Sequence record: MH243438.1
DNA length: 64,000 nt
Direction: 5' to 3' (one strand)
DNA from: Escherichia phage vB_EcoM_NBG1
Shown here: in pieces, positions 20,246 to 29,080 of the stretch
How positions within the stretch are numbered: position 1 is the first letter of the stretch
How the letters are laid out: the number at the start of each line of letters is the position of its first letter
The notes under the pieces: generated by a model
Told to the model about the DNA's origin: nothing
The model's database searches: none
Seen by the model: only the letters and a program-made list of their open reading frames with translations
Made by a program: the position numbers and the translations under genes

Positions 20246-22331
20246 ATCCTTGGATAAATTTAAACGGAACTGATTCTAAATCCATTAAAGATGCTAACAA
20301 TTTCAAACCTTTAGGTGCACTAGTTTTTTCTACAAATGAGGCAAAAGATACCGGCTCATCTGATTCGATTTCACCCGTCATAGCAACTACCTCGCCTGTT
20401 TCCATGAGAACATCACCATCGTAAATGACAGCTTCGTCCAACTGGTCCGAGGACATGACTTCAGCTTGAATAAATTTAAGGTTGGATTCTAAACCTGCAC
20501 CAGTGTCAGATGACGCATCTGTAATTTTATTTATCTGCAAGAGAATGCCTCTAGGCAAAATAATTTCTTGCTCATTAGGGTGATTACTCAACTGTCCCGG
20601 ATAAATCACGTTAACTTTATGGGCGCCATCAATAGCCCATCCAACGTTAACACGGATTTGTTCTGGTGCATGCATAGCTGTTCTTACTTGACTAGGAGAA
20701 ATAGTAACACCTTCGTCGTTATTGTCAATGTTAAGCTCTTTGCGAACTTCTTCAGGAGCAAGTCCAAGGGCAACGTTCTCTTTAAACCCACCGAAAATAA
20801 TAGGAGCTAGTGAAGTGGAAACATAGTTTCTGAAATAGAATACCTTATTTTTAACCATTGCTTCGTAAATAGGCATTCTGATAGACTGAGCTCTATATAA
20901 CGTTAGTCCTTCAGGTAAACGGTCTCCATTTAAAAACGCCGAATCAAGACCATCAATAGCGCGTTTAACTTCATCTTCATCCGCAACATCGTAAAAATCT
21001 GGTTTATAACGACCTAACAACATATTATTGATATCTGTATATGCAGAAGAGGCATATTCACGAATAGCTCGTTTTTCAGAAACAGAGTATTGTTTAGGGT
21101 CCCGATTCATTGTTATATTAAAGGTGCCTCTAGCCGATTCTCGGGCATAAGTATACATCACATTAGACAAGAACGCTGATTTACGTTGTTTCCAAGTTCT
21201 TTCAGATACTTCAGCTAAAACGTCGTCAGGCAGTTGGAAATTATCACGTCTAAAATCTTCAAACCATTCGTCTTTAATAGAGTCTGCAATTTCATTTGCA
21301 GCTTCAACAAAAGCAGCTAATGCTTTAACAGATGTTGTTTTTTCGGTTTTAATTTTCTTAGCAAACTTTTCTAAAGTCGGCTTAATAACACCACCATAAG
21401 AAACTTCATCAGCAAATTTAAAGGATTCATCAATACGATTATAAATCTTATTTTCGATATCAGCAACTAAAGTGCCTTTTGCTGTGGATGATGCTTGGGC
21501 TAGTACGATTTCATATGCTTCAGGAAGTAATTCGGCTGTAGCCGGGCCACTAACTTCTTTAGCAGAATTTTCGTATTTCTGGAATAACTCACCTTCTTGG
21601 CGGTCAGCTTCTAAAGATTGACTTGCTGCAATAGCACGACGAGAAATTTTAGTACGAGCAATAACAGGCTTATCTTTACGTTTTTCTTCTACAGCAGCAA
21701 TAGAACCAGCGATAGCCGTTTCTTTGGTGACCTTTTCGCCAGTCTTTTTACTCACATAAACTTCGCCAACATCAGAATCTACTTTCGTGTACAACTCTGT
21801 GTTAATGTTAGGGATGCCTTTAATATCTTCAATGTTGGCATTTTTACGAACCATCATCACATAGGTGTGTTTACCTGTGAATTGATACATTGCCGACAAT
21901 ACTTTAAAACGACCACCGGTTTTAGTAGAAACTAAACGAGCAAGAAGAGTTTGAAGCTGTTGTCCACGTCCTTTCAATTTCTTGGTAGGGAATCGGAACA
22001 GAACTGCATCCATACGAAGAGCTTTAACTTGTTCATATACTGTATTGAAAATGGTGTTGATTGCATCAATAGGAGCAGGACCAAGGCCATTTTTCAATTC
22101 AGCGAGATTACCCTTTTCAGACAGACTCATAATAACAACATGAGCGTATTTGTCGCCGAGTTTAACTTGTTTTACAGCATCGCCTTCGGAAAGGTAAGAG
22201 AATAAACGAACTACAATATTTGTATCGATATCACCAATTTTCCAGACTTGTGGAACTTTAGCTTTAGGGTTCAAATTGACGACAGGAAGACTGCCTTCAG
22301 ATTCAAACACTTCATTTAATTGTTCAGACAT
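20244..22331 (-). CDS. alt: ADP-ribosyltransferase Alt (packaged)
   Basis: 695 aa; C-terminus ...LESVPFKFIQG and internal segments (SRRAIAASQSLE, MVKNKVFYFRNYVSTSL, VNVIYPG) match remembered T4 Alt. Confidence 0.9.
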   Translation of the reverse strand: MSEQLNEVFESEGSLPVVNLNPKAKVPQVWKIGDIDTNIVVRLFSYLSEGDAVKQVKLGDKYAHVVIMSLSEKGNLAELKNGLGPAPIDAINTIFNTVYEQVKALRMDAVLFRFPTKKLKGRGQQLQTLLARLVSTKTGGRFKVLSAMYQFTGKHTYVMMVRKNANIEDIKGIPNINTELYTKVDSDVGEVYVSKKTGEKVTKETAIAGSIAAVEEKRKDKPVIARTKISRRAIAASQSLEADRQEGELFQKYENSAKEVSGPATAELLPEAYEIVLAQASSTAKGTLVADIENKIYNRIDESFKFADEVSYGGVIKPTLEKFAKKIKTEKTTSVKALAAFVEAANEIADSIKDEWFEDFRRDNFQLPDDVLAEVSERTWKQRKSAFLSNVMYTYARESARGTFNITMNRDPKQYSVSEKRAIREYASSAYTDINNMLLGRYKPDFYDVADEDEVKRAIDGLDSAFLNGDRLPEGLTLYRAQSIRMPIYEAMVKNKVFYFRNYVSTSLAPIIFGGFKENVALGLAPEEVRKELNIDNNDEGVTISPSQVRTAMHAPEQIRVNVGWAIDGAHKVNVIYPGQLSNHPNEQEIILPRGILLQINKITDASSDTGAGLESNLKFIQAEVMSSDQLDEAVIYDGDVLMETGEVVAMTGEIESDEPVSFASFVEKTSAPKGLKLLASLMDLESVPFKFIQG

Positions 22332-22365
22332 AGTGTTTTCCTTTTAGTAATAATTTATATTTATG

Positions 22366-22390
22366 CCAAAAAGAGCCCGAAGGCTCTTAA
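22366..22390 (-). terminator. Terminator-like hairpin upstream of alt
   Basis: - strand AGAGCC-TTCG-GGCTCT followed by TTTTT. Confidence 0.55.
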
Positions 22391-22575
22391 TCCACAATCG
22401 GAAGCAAAGTACGATAAACTTCAAAATTAGAGCCTTTTTCGTACTTATCGAAATTGTCCATAAAAATATGATAGGAATCGTTATTAGGAAAATCTAATAT
22501 AATCTGAGAGCAAGAGGTGGAAACATCTCCACCATCCTTCTTAGCTACAATAACTGTTTCTAAATAAGCTTTCAT
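22387..22575 (-). CDS. Hypothetical protein
   Basis: 62 aa from ATG overlapping the ligase stop (TAATG); terminator hairpin at its 3' end. Confidence 0.5.
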   Translation of the reverse strand: MKAYLETVIVAKKDGGDVSTSCSQIILDFPNNDSYHIFMDNFDKYEKGSNFEVYRTLLPIVD

Positions 22576-24068
22576 TATAAACCTGTCTGGGACCACGGTC
22601 CAAATACGTCTTCAAACGAATCCGCTTCTGTTTTATCAAAACGGAACCCTTTAATAATTGGAAGGAAAATACCTACAGTACCTTCACGGCCTTTAGAATG
22701 AACCCAACCATTACATTCACAATCAGCGATACGTCCAATTAATTTACCTTCACGAGCTTCGGTCATTAATCGTTCACGGTCTAAATCATGACGCTCGTCT
22801 AAAGGAATAAGAACCTTTACACCGTCAACTGTTTTATGAGTTGTATCTTTAAAACCTGACCCACAATCGGTTGTAATACGACGACAACGTGATACGAGTT
22901 CGACACCACCTAATTTGTTAGGGTCTTTAGAGTGTTCATAGTATCCTACAACTTCTAAAGCGATATCAATAACTTCTTTAAATTTAATTAGGTTCTTAGA
23001 GCGTTTGTTTTCCCAATATGAATCACGGTTTTTAAGAATAATACCTTCAAGACCTTGGTCAACATATTTTTTATAAACCACTTTAGCTTCGTCAAGATTA
23101 CGAACTAACTGATTTTCAATTGGCTCAATTCGCTTAAAGCCTTCAGCCATATTTTCAAGAGCAGCAAAACGAACATCGTATTTCTGACCTTTAATTTTGC
23201 CATCAGAATAGACTTCATCTAAAGGAACATAGTCCCAGGCTTGAAGAACCATACCTTCAGCTTCTTTAGGAGAAATAGTCCCTTGAAGAGATTTATTTGC
23301 TAAACCGTTTGAAGTGCTACGGTCCGCAACTTGTACTTCTTCGGATTCTTCATTATCACCAAATAAGAACGACAGGTCATTTCCTGAGCTCACAGCCTTT
23401 TTAATATCAAATGAATGGTAAACTAATTCACCGTCGATTAAAACCCCATTAGGGTGTCTTTCACGAGCTTCTTTAGTCATTTCCATTAGTTCATCCGCTA
23501 ATAGAGTAAGACCATGATATTCGTTGCCGGCACGAGAAAAGAATTGAACACCATCATCGCGAACTTCAGCGAAACAACGAGCACCATCGGCTTTTAATTG
23601 AGCAAATGCAGGCCATTTAATATTTTTAGTAATCAATTTCTCATCATATGCAGATGCTAACATCTGTGGTTGCAATTGAATAAGTCCAGGCCACACCTTA
23701 TTCGCGATAGACACTGAAGCACCTACTTCAAGGTCGCGCATCATTACACGACGAAGGACTTCTACATCATCAGGTTTACCGTCAGCGATATAACCCATGA
23801 GCTCTTTAATTGCAGCATTACCAGTGAGTTTACGAGTGGCTAATGTGAACTCAATAAAATCCAACATGTCATCTAATTCAAGAAGACCATACGCTTGAGA
23901 CCTTTCACCTGGTCCTGGCCATTTCTTAATATAATACTGGATACCACGTGCATATGTTAAACGATACACACGTTCAAGTAATTTGTTGTCCTTATTTTTC
24001 TTAAGGATTTCCTGTTTTGTTTTAGTAGAACCGATCGCAGCTATTTGGTTTAAAATATCTAAAATCAT
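22575..24068 (-). CDS. 30: ATP-dependent DNA ligase gp30
   Basis: 497 aa; MILDILNQIAAIGSTKTKQEILKKNKDNKLLERVYRLTYARGIQYYIKKW... and adenylation motif KADGAR match remembered T4 DNA ligase. Confidence 0.97.
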   Translation of the reverse strand: MILDILNQIAAIGSTKTKQEILKKNKDNKLLERVYRLTYARGIQYYIKKWPGPGERSQAYGLLELDDMLDFIEFTLATRKLTGNAAIKELMGYIADGKPDDVEVLRRVMMRDLEVGASVSIANKVWPGLIQLQPQMLASAYDEKLITKNIKWPAFAQLKADGARCFAEVRDDGVQFFSRAGNEYHGLTLLADELMEMTKEARERHPNGVLIDGELVYHSFDIKKAVSSGNDLSFLFGDNEESEEVQVADRSTSNGLANKSLQGTISPKEAEGMVLQAWDYVPLDEVYSDGKIKGQKYDVRFAALENMAEGFKRIEPIENQLVRNLDEAKVVYKKYVDQGLEGIILKNRDSYWENKRSKNLIKFKEVIDIALEVVGYYEHSKDPNKLGGVELVSRCRRITTDCGSGFKDTTHKTVDGVKVLIPLDERHDLDRERLMTEAREGKLIGRIADCECNGWVHSKGREGTVGIFLPIIKGFRFDKTEADSFEDVFGPWSQTGL

Positions 24069-24334
24069 TTGATGTCCTCGATTTTGGTTACGGTTCTATT
24101 ATAAGCCACTTCATCTAGAAGCGATTTCAGCGTTTTCTGATAAGTTGTAATCCATTTACCGAGTCCTTCAACATAGTATTCTGAAATGTAGATGAACCCT
24201 TGTTCAACACACTCTTTAAATATTTCTGTGTCTTTTACTGAACGAAACAATGGCCAGTCTCGAAAGAACATGTTAACGTGACCGTAGTCACGTGTGGTAT
24301 TTTTGCCATCTGTAATATCATGAACTACAAACAT
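24065..24334 (-). CDS. Hypothetical protein (30.1 position)
   Basis: 89 aa ORF coupled to the ligase start. Confidence 0.55.
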   Translation of the reverse strand: MFVVHDITDGKNTTRDYGHVNMFFRDWPLFRSVKDTEIFKECVEQGFIYISEYYVEGLGKWITTYQKTLKSLLDEVAYNRTVTKIEDIK

Positions 24335-24343
24335 AATTAACCC

Positions 24344-25168
24344 TTAACAATTTATAGACCAAGTCCATTTAGACGAATCTAAAGGAAAGTTTTGAATCGT
24401 CCACCACGGCTGCATATCAGTTGGTCCTGGGGTTCGCCAGGTATATGGAGTACGTGTTGTCGAGGGGCCACCAATTTGATTAGGCCATGCACCTGGACTT
24501 GTTGCACCAGATTCTTTAAGCAAATCCGCCAATCGTTTTAAAAGGTCTTCACGATCTGAATCTGAATTATTCTTAGGCAGAACCAAACGAGATTCAATAT
24601 CATCCCACGTGTGTACACGTTGTGCAGTACGAGGAATGGCATCACGTTCACCACGAGCCAACCAATAAATCGGTACATTAAGAATTTCTGCCGCATGGTC
24701 ACAATGATGAGCTAAATCGTCAACGTAACAAATTACGTTATATTTTGTTTTAGCTAGTTCGAATAATTGTTCCTTTGAAGAATCATGACCACACATCATT
24801 ACTTCAGAGAAAGCGCCTGGGAACAAAGCATTCAAATTAAATTGTCTATTCAATCGAGCATCAATTGAATCACCTAGCGCCGTCACGGCTACAAAATTAT
24901 AGTCTTCTTTTAGTTTATTGATAACTCGAAGAGCATCAGAATAAGGCGCTAAGTAACGAATAAAATCAGAGCTATTATATTTTTCTATTAATTGTTTACC
25001 AAGGTTATCGTCGGTATTGAACAGTTTACCAGGAGAAATAAATTTTTCGTCCTGAATCATTTTTAAAATATGTTCTAATGGAAGGTTATATTTTTGGGCA
25101 AAATAAGGAAGTCCAGATTGCCAGCTTAAACATACACCATCAATATCAGTCAAAATAGTAGGCTTCAT
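24344..25168 (-). CDS. HAD-superfamily-like hydrolase (30.2 position)
   Basis: 274 aa; N-terminal ILTDIDGV resembles HAD motif I (DxDGT/V); unusual Trp/Pro-rich C-terminal tail. Confidence 0.55.
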   Translation of the reverse strand: MKPTILTDIDGVCLSWQSGLPYFAQKYNLPLEHILKMIQDEKFISPGKLFNTDDNLGKQLIEKYNSSDFIRYLAPYSDALRVINKLKEDYNFVAVTALGDSIDARLNRQFNLNALFPGAFSEVMMCGHDSSKEQLFELAKTKYNVICYVDDLAHHCDHAAEILNVPIYWLARGERDAIPRTAQRVHTWDDIESRLVLPKNNSDSDREDLLKRLADLLKESGATSPGAWPNQIGGPSTTRTPYTWRTPGPTDMQPWWTIQNFPLDSSKWTWSINC

Positions 25169-25632
25169 AAAGAGTCTCTTAGTAGGTTTAACACGTCAAT
25201 AAATTCATCTTCAGTTAGTATTGTATCATCTTTTGTTAGATGGCTGGCCATGCTGTGCTTCAAAATTTTTCCTTTAGAGGCTTGTAAGGCATCACGAAAC
25301 CCCTTGTTTTGGATCGCGGCTTCAAAATATGCATTTGTGTATAATTCTTTCCACGCTTCGGAGTATCTTGAAAATGGAACTCCTAACCAGAAGAGAGTCC
25401 CACGGTCCTGAGCTCTTGCGTAAGACCTTCCAGCTTGCTGTGCAGCCAATCCAGACAACCCAAATATACGTCTTTGCTGTTCAACATTTTTCACCTTACA
25501 TCCTTGGAGAAATCCTTCAAGACCTCCGAATTGAATACCATCCATAACAAAAGGCCATTGAGCAAAGTTACTTAATGCACATGACGGCCACTTGAAATTA
25601 CTTCTTATTTCTAATTCAGACATCTTTAACAC
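25165..25632 (-). CDS. Possible NADAR/YbiA-like domain protein (30.3 position)
   Basis: 155 aa; pattern LSNF...DG..F...E.F.Q..K recalls the NADAR/YbiA family; assignment is from motif memory only. Confidence 0.45.
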   Translation of the reverse strand: MLKMSELEIRSNFKWPSCALSNFAQWPFVMDGIQFGGLEGFLQGCKVKNVEQQRRIFGLSGLAAQQAGRSYARAQDRGTLFWLGVPFSRYSEAWKELYTNAYFEAAIQNKGFRDALQASKGKILKHSMASHLTKDDTILTEDEFIDVLNLLRDSL

Positions 25633-25834
25633 TTATAATTTCAACATCCGCCCAATGTCCGTATCCAGGTATACGGTCTTCGATAGATAAATTTCTGTCA
25701 TTTTTAGGCATTTTAATTGACGTAACGTATGGTTCTAAACGGTTTTCCGCGTAATATGGAAAAACGTCGGTTACACGATAAGTAACTTCAATCATTTCCG
25801 TACCAAACAATTTCTGGATTAATTTATTCAACAT
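25616..25834 (-). CDS. Hypothetical protein
   Basis: 72 aa ORF in - strand early operon. Confidence 0.45.
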   Translation of the reverse strand: MLNKLIQKLFGTEMIEVTYRVTDVFPYYAENRLEPYVTSIKMPKNDRNLSIEDRIPGYGHWADVEIISVKDV

Positions 25835-26021
25835 GTTTCAACCCTTTAATAGGAGATAACTCTTTACCCATACGTATGTCAGAAGTCCAATCAACCCATT
25901 GAACAGCATACGCTTCATTGATAATTCCAGCAGCGGTTTTAAATTCAGGGAGAACTTTAAAAATCACCCCAGGAATTCCAACACCTTTTAATTGGACTGT
26001 TTGTGCTATTAAAAATTTCAT
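25824..26021 (-). CDS. Hypothetical protein
   Basis: 65 aa ORF; early promoter at 26045-26077. Confidence 0.45.
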   Translation of the reverse strand: MKFLIAQTVQLKGVGIPGVIFKVLPEFKTAAGIINEAYAVQWVDWTSDIRMGKELSPIKGLKHVE

Positions 26022-26044
26022 ATTTTTCCACTTACTAAAGAAAT

Positions 26045-26077
26045 CATTATACTCTAATCCGTCCTTGGATGTAAACT
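26045..26077 (-). promoter_or_regulatory. T4-type early promoter
   Basis: GTTTAC -35 with GAGTATAATG -10 on the - strand. Confidence 0.55.
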
Positions 26078-26690
26078 ACTTAATGAAATTAATTTCTACC
26101 GGATGAACAACAGGTTGAGCAGTGATATATTGAGTAATTGCTTTCATGACTAGAGCTTCAGAACCAGGATTTTTCTCAACGAATTCACGTGCTTGGTTAT
26201 GAGCTTCAAGTTCACTTAGTAAACCACTTCGTTGACATCCACGGTCTTGAGTACCCTGTTCAGATAAAAAGGCGACGATGTATTTTTCATCGTCATACGG
26301 TTTAGACGGTTGAGCAAATGTTCCTTTACTTCCAAAAGGAGAGTTATGACGCCACATCACGCCGTGAGGAGTTTCAACCTTCGTGTATTCATGCGGTCCA
26401 TTTTTCTTAGTTTCTTTCCATGGAACTTCATGGACCTTAGGGTTAGGACATTCAATAAAATGCTCATCTAAATCGGTCGAGAATATTAAAGTAAAACAAT
26501 TACTGAATTTACCAACACCTGCCTGATAAATTTTACCTTCAGAAGTTCTAATTTCACAAACTGAGCCAGCATCAGTAACTTCTAAAACTTCAAAAGGCTC
26601 GATAAGGTCATATGAGAACATGTTTTTAAGGCGTGGAGTAATATCCCCATTTTTAAAATTCATTTTATAAAAAGTATTAACTTTAAACAT
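26076..26690 (-). CDS. Hypothetical protein
   Basis: 204 aa ORF, no recognised motif; shares short GSVCEI motif with the next ORF. Confidence 0.55.
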   Translation of the reverse strand: MFKVNTFYKMNFKNGDITPRLKNMFSYDLIEPFEVLEVTDAGSVCEIRTSEGKIYQAGVGKFSNCFTLIFSTDLDEHFIECPNPKVHEVPWKETKKNGPHEYTKVETPHGVMWRHNSPFGSKGTFAQPSKPYDDEKYIVAFLSEQGTQDRGCQRSGLLSELEAHNQAREFVEKNPGSEALVMKAITQYITAQPVVHPVEINFIK

Positions 26691-26725
26691 AATTTCCTCA
26701 ATGGGAGCCGAAGCTCCCAGTTAAA

Positions 26726-27091
26726 TTAGATATCAAATTCGTTAAGAACTACATCAAAGATTGCTTCGAGATGTTCATGTTTAGCTCGGTTACTCAGGAT
26801 ATGACGAATCCAAGTTTTAACCAGAAGTTTACGATTAACACCGTTCCAGCAAGGATGAGTACCTAAATCACGCTGACGGAAATCATCATCTAATGCAATT
26901 TTGAAGTTGGAACCTTCCATTGTGATTGAAACCGTGATGCCATTTTCAAATCGCATATAAACATAATTAGGAGTCATGCACTGCTCAATTTCACATACTG
27001 AACCATTTTTATGCTTCCACAAACAAACCATATCGATAGAACCAGCGATACCGTTAGAAACATATTTGCGTTCGAAGTTGGTGTAGTTCAT
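26726..27091 (-). CDS. Hypothetical protein
   Basis: 121 aa; early promoter at 27131-27162; shares CMTP motif with next ORF. Confidence 0.55.
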   Translation of the reverse strand: MNYTNFERKYVSNGIAGSIDMVCLWKHKNGSVCEIEQCMTPNYVYMRFENGITVSITMEGSNFKIALDDDFRQRDLGTHPCWNGVNRKLLVKTWIRHILSNRAKHEHLEAIFDVVLNEFDI

Positions 27092-27130
27092 TTTATTCTC
27101 CAGATGTTTAAGTTGTTTGTTGGTACAGGT

Positions 27131-27162
27131 CTATAATAACATAACCTGTACCAAAGTAAACT
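27131..27162 (-). promoter_or_regulatory. T4-type early promoter
   Basis: GTTTAC -35 and GTTATTATAG -10 on the - strand; upstream of the 121 aa ORF. Confidence 0.6.
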
Positions 27163-27165
27163 GTT

Positions 27166-27534
27166 TTATGCAACTTTAATCCAATTGTCTAAATTTAAAA
27201 CACCTTTGGCTTTCATTTTTTCGATCAGGTTATCTGCTGTAATGCGTCCATTTTGATACCATGTAACATCTTCAGAGTAACCAGTTTCTTCGTCAACATA
27301 TGTTTCTGAACGAATTTTACCGGTAATAATAGTTTTTAATTCGTATGTGTCACCTGTGAAAAAGTTTGCTAACACAATTTTCCAAGAGAAATCATCTGAA
27401 GGACCTTCAGGGGTCATACAACCTACGAACTCAAATTGCTCTTTGTATAACATCCACTGGAATTCTTTAATTTCGATAGCTTTATAACCGTCGTGGTCTT
27501 TACATTTGATGTATGAGTTCAGATTGATTTTCAT
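27166..27534 (-). CDS. Hypothetical protein
   Basis: 122 aa; early promoter at 27574-27605. Confidence 0.55.
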   Translation of the reverse strand: MKINLNSYIKCKDHDGYKAIEIKEFQWMLYKEQFEFVGCMTPEGPSDDFSWKIVLANFFTGDTYELKTIITGKIRSETYVDEETGYSEDVTWYQNGRITADNLIEKMKAKGVLNLDNWIKVA

Positions 27535-27573
27535 TTTATTCTCCGATTGTTTTATTGATTAGGTGGTACAAGT

Positions 27574-27605
27574 CTATAGTAACACATCCTACAGGAGAGT
27601 AAACA
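27574..27605 (-). promoter_or_regulatory. T4-type early promoter
   Basis: GTTTAC -35 and GTTACTATAG -10 on the - strand; upstream of the 122 aa ORF. Confidence 0.6.
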
Positions 27606-27634
27606 TCTTTTTTTAAACTTTTTCTGCCCTAAAC

Positions 27635-27662
27635 GCACAAAAGGGAGACCGAAGTCTCCCTA
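27635..27662 (-). terminator. Terminator after the 59 aa basic ORF
   Basis: - strand GGGAGAC-TTCG-GTCTCCC followed by TTTT. Confidence 0.7.
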
Positions 27663-27665
27663 AAA

Positions 27666-27845
27666 TTATGCAACAACCTTTCCAAAACGAGAAGCATCAT
27701 CTCGAAGAACTGCACGTGCTCTGCGCATGATCTTCTCAACGGTTTGATTAATACGAGAGTTCGACCCACGCTTGTATCCAGCGCGTTTAGAGGTACCATC
27801 AACTTTCTTTTCAACTGCTTTCTTTGCTTTAGCTTGTTTTGCCAT
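27666..27845 (-). CDS. Hypothetical small lysine/arginine-rich protein (not in ORF track)
   Basis: Hand-translated 59 aa (MAKQAKAKKAVEKKVDGTSKRAGYKRGSNSRINQTVEKIMRRARAVLRDDASRFGKVVA); SD AAGAG upstream; terminator hairpin right after stop; replaces the track's 27629-27814 ORF. Confidence 0.5.
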   Translation of the reverse strand: MAKQAKAKKAVEKKVDGTSKRAGYKRGSNSRINQTVEKIMRRARAVLRDDASRFGKVVA

Positions 27846-28008
27846 TATAAATTCTCTTTAAATGAAAATGCAGGACTTATTGACATTGCCTGCGCAAGCC
27901 CTCAACGGGAACATAGGTTTTGGATATTTAACGACAGGATAACCATAAACCCGTCATCATACCTACCATGACTTACACAGCTAACCTTTTGCTGACGCAT
28001 GATAGCAA

Positions 28009-28257
28009 TTATTTCAAAGTAATAACAAAATGACGAACTGCTTTGCGTGCTGCAGAAGCCAGAGGCTTAGCATATTTCAATTCATCTTTAGCTTCCAGTT
28101 CAGAAGCCAGAGTAGCCTGAGCAGGATTCAGGTGTTTGAAATAACGCAGGATTTCCAGTGCTTCGGCTTCAACATCAATTGACGCACCGTAGTTTTCGTG
28201 ACCGTTATTCCATGCGTTGCGTTGCAGTTCAAGAGCGTGTTGTAATTGTTTAATCAT
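28009..28257 (-). CDS. rIII: Lysis inhibition accessory protein rIII
   Basis: 82 aa; MIKQLQHALELQRNAWNNGHENYGASIDVEAEALEILRYF... matches remembered T4 rIII. Confidence 0.9.
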   Translation of the reverse strand: MIKQLQHALELQRNAWNNGHENYGASIDVEAEALEILRYFKHLNPAQATLASELEAKDELKYAKPLASAARKAVRHFVITLK

Positions 28258-28381
28258 TTTAAATTCTCAATTCGAGATAATATTTAGTAGCCACGTTCGT
28301 CTGAATTTCACCTTCTTTCGACAAGTCTCTCAGTTGTAGGCTACCGCTTAGAAGAGTGTTCTCTTCATATAGTTATTTATA

Positions 28382-28714
28382 TCACTTATAAAGACACGGA
28401 ATAGCTTTATAGTGGCATGTTACGAATTTCTGTTTAATTTCTTTAGGTTGTTTAAGTCCCAAAGCCACAAATGGATGTGGAACATTTCGAATTTGTCCAA
28501 CTGGCAGTGGAGTCAAATCACCGACTTCAACAAAACCTTTAGGAACATCAGGACCTACAGAATGAACTACACATAGTTCAGGAACTTCACCTTGAACACG
28601 TTTACCAATCACAAGTCCTGATTCGGTAACTTCTTCATCACCTGCTTGAGCGGGTTCAGAAACCAGAATGACATATTCACCAACAGCACGAATTGGGAGT
28701 TGTACTTCAGACAT
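28382..28714 (-). CDS. 31: Head assembly co-chaperonin gp31 (GroES analogue)
   Basis: 110 aa; [29 protein letters not shown]...[15 protein letters not shown] matches remembered T4 gp31. Confidence 0.95.
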   Translation of the reverse strand: MSEVQLPIRAVGEYVILVSEPAQAGDEEVTESGLVIGKRVQGEVPELCVVHSVGPDVPKGFVEVGDLTPLPVGQIRNVPHPFVALGLKQPKEIKQKFVTCHYKAIPCLYK

Positions 28715-28742
28715 CTTATTTCCTTGTTGTTTGACGATAGAT

Positions 28743-28770
28743 TAATAATACCATACTATTCGTAAAGCAT
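28743..28770 (-). promoter_or_regulatory. Candidate MotA-dependent middle promoter upstream of gene 31
   Basis: The - strand reads aTGCTTTAc (MotA-box-like) about 13 nt upstream of TATTAT; T4 gene 31 is known to have a middle promoter. Confidence 0.3.
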
Positions 28771-28771
28771 A

Positions 28772-29080
28772 TTACATAAGAAGCAAACGTTCTACCGGAG
28801 TACCATCAACCGAAATTACTTTATCAAGGCGGAAAGAACGCCACTGACCTAACTTGGTATCGAATGCTCGAACTGATTCACGAGGTTCAGAACGAACTTC
28901 TGTCGATGGGTTACTATTTTCATATTTTACTTCAAGTTCATCACGGGAGGCAAGCATCGTACGAACATCACCATTAGCCTTTTCAAATACAACACAATGA
29001 ACGCCTACAGACAGAATAGTTTTAATACGTTCACGAAGAACCATAGTTTCTTGTTCAGTTAAAATCATATTATTCACCAC
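28772..29080 (-). CDS. Hypothetical protein (31.1 position)
   Basis: 102 aa ORF between cd and gene 31. Confidence 0.6.
   Translation of the reverse strand: MVNNMILTEQETMVLRERIKTILSVGVHCVVFEKANGDVRTMLASRDELEVKYENSNPSTEVRSEPRESVRAFDTKLGQWRSFRLDKVISVDGTPVERLLLM

Noticed and set aside
27629-27814. 61 aa - strand ORF from the track
   Set aside because: Replaced by the alternative-frame 59 aa basic ORF (27666-27845), which has an SD and ends at a terminator.
27846-28008. 163 bp gap downstream of rIII considered as a possible small RNA or sigma-70 promoter (TTGACA at 27877)
   Set aside because: Only a -35-like hexamer with no matching -10, and a weak inverted repeat; insufficient evidence for any call.
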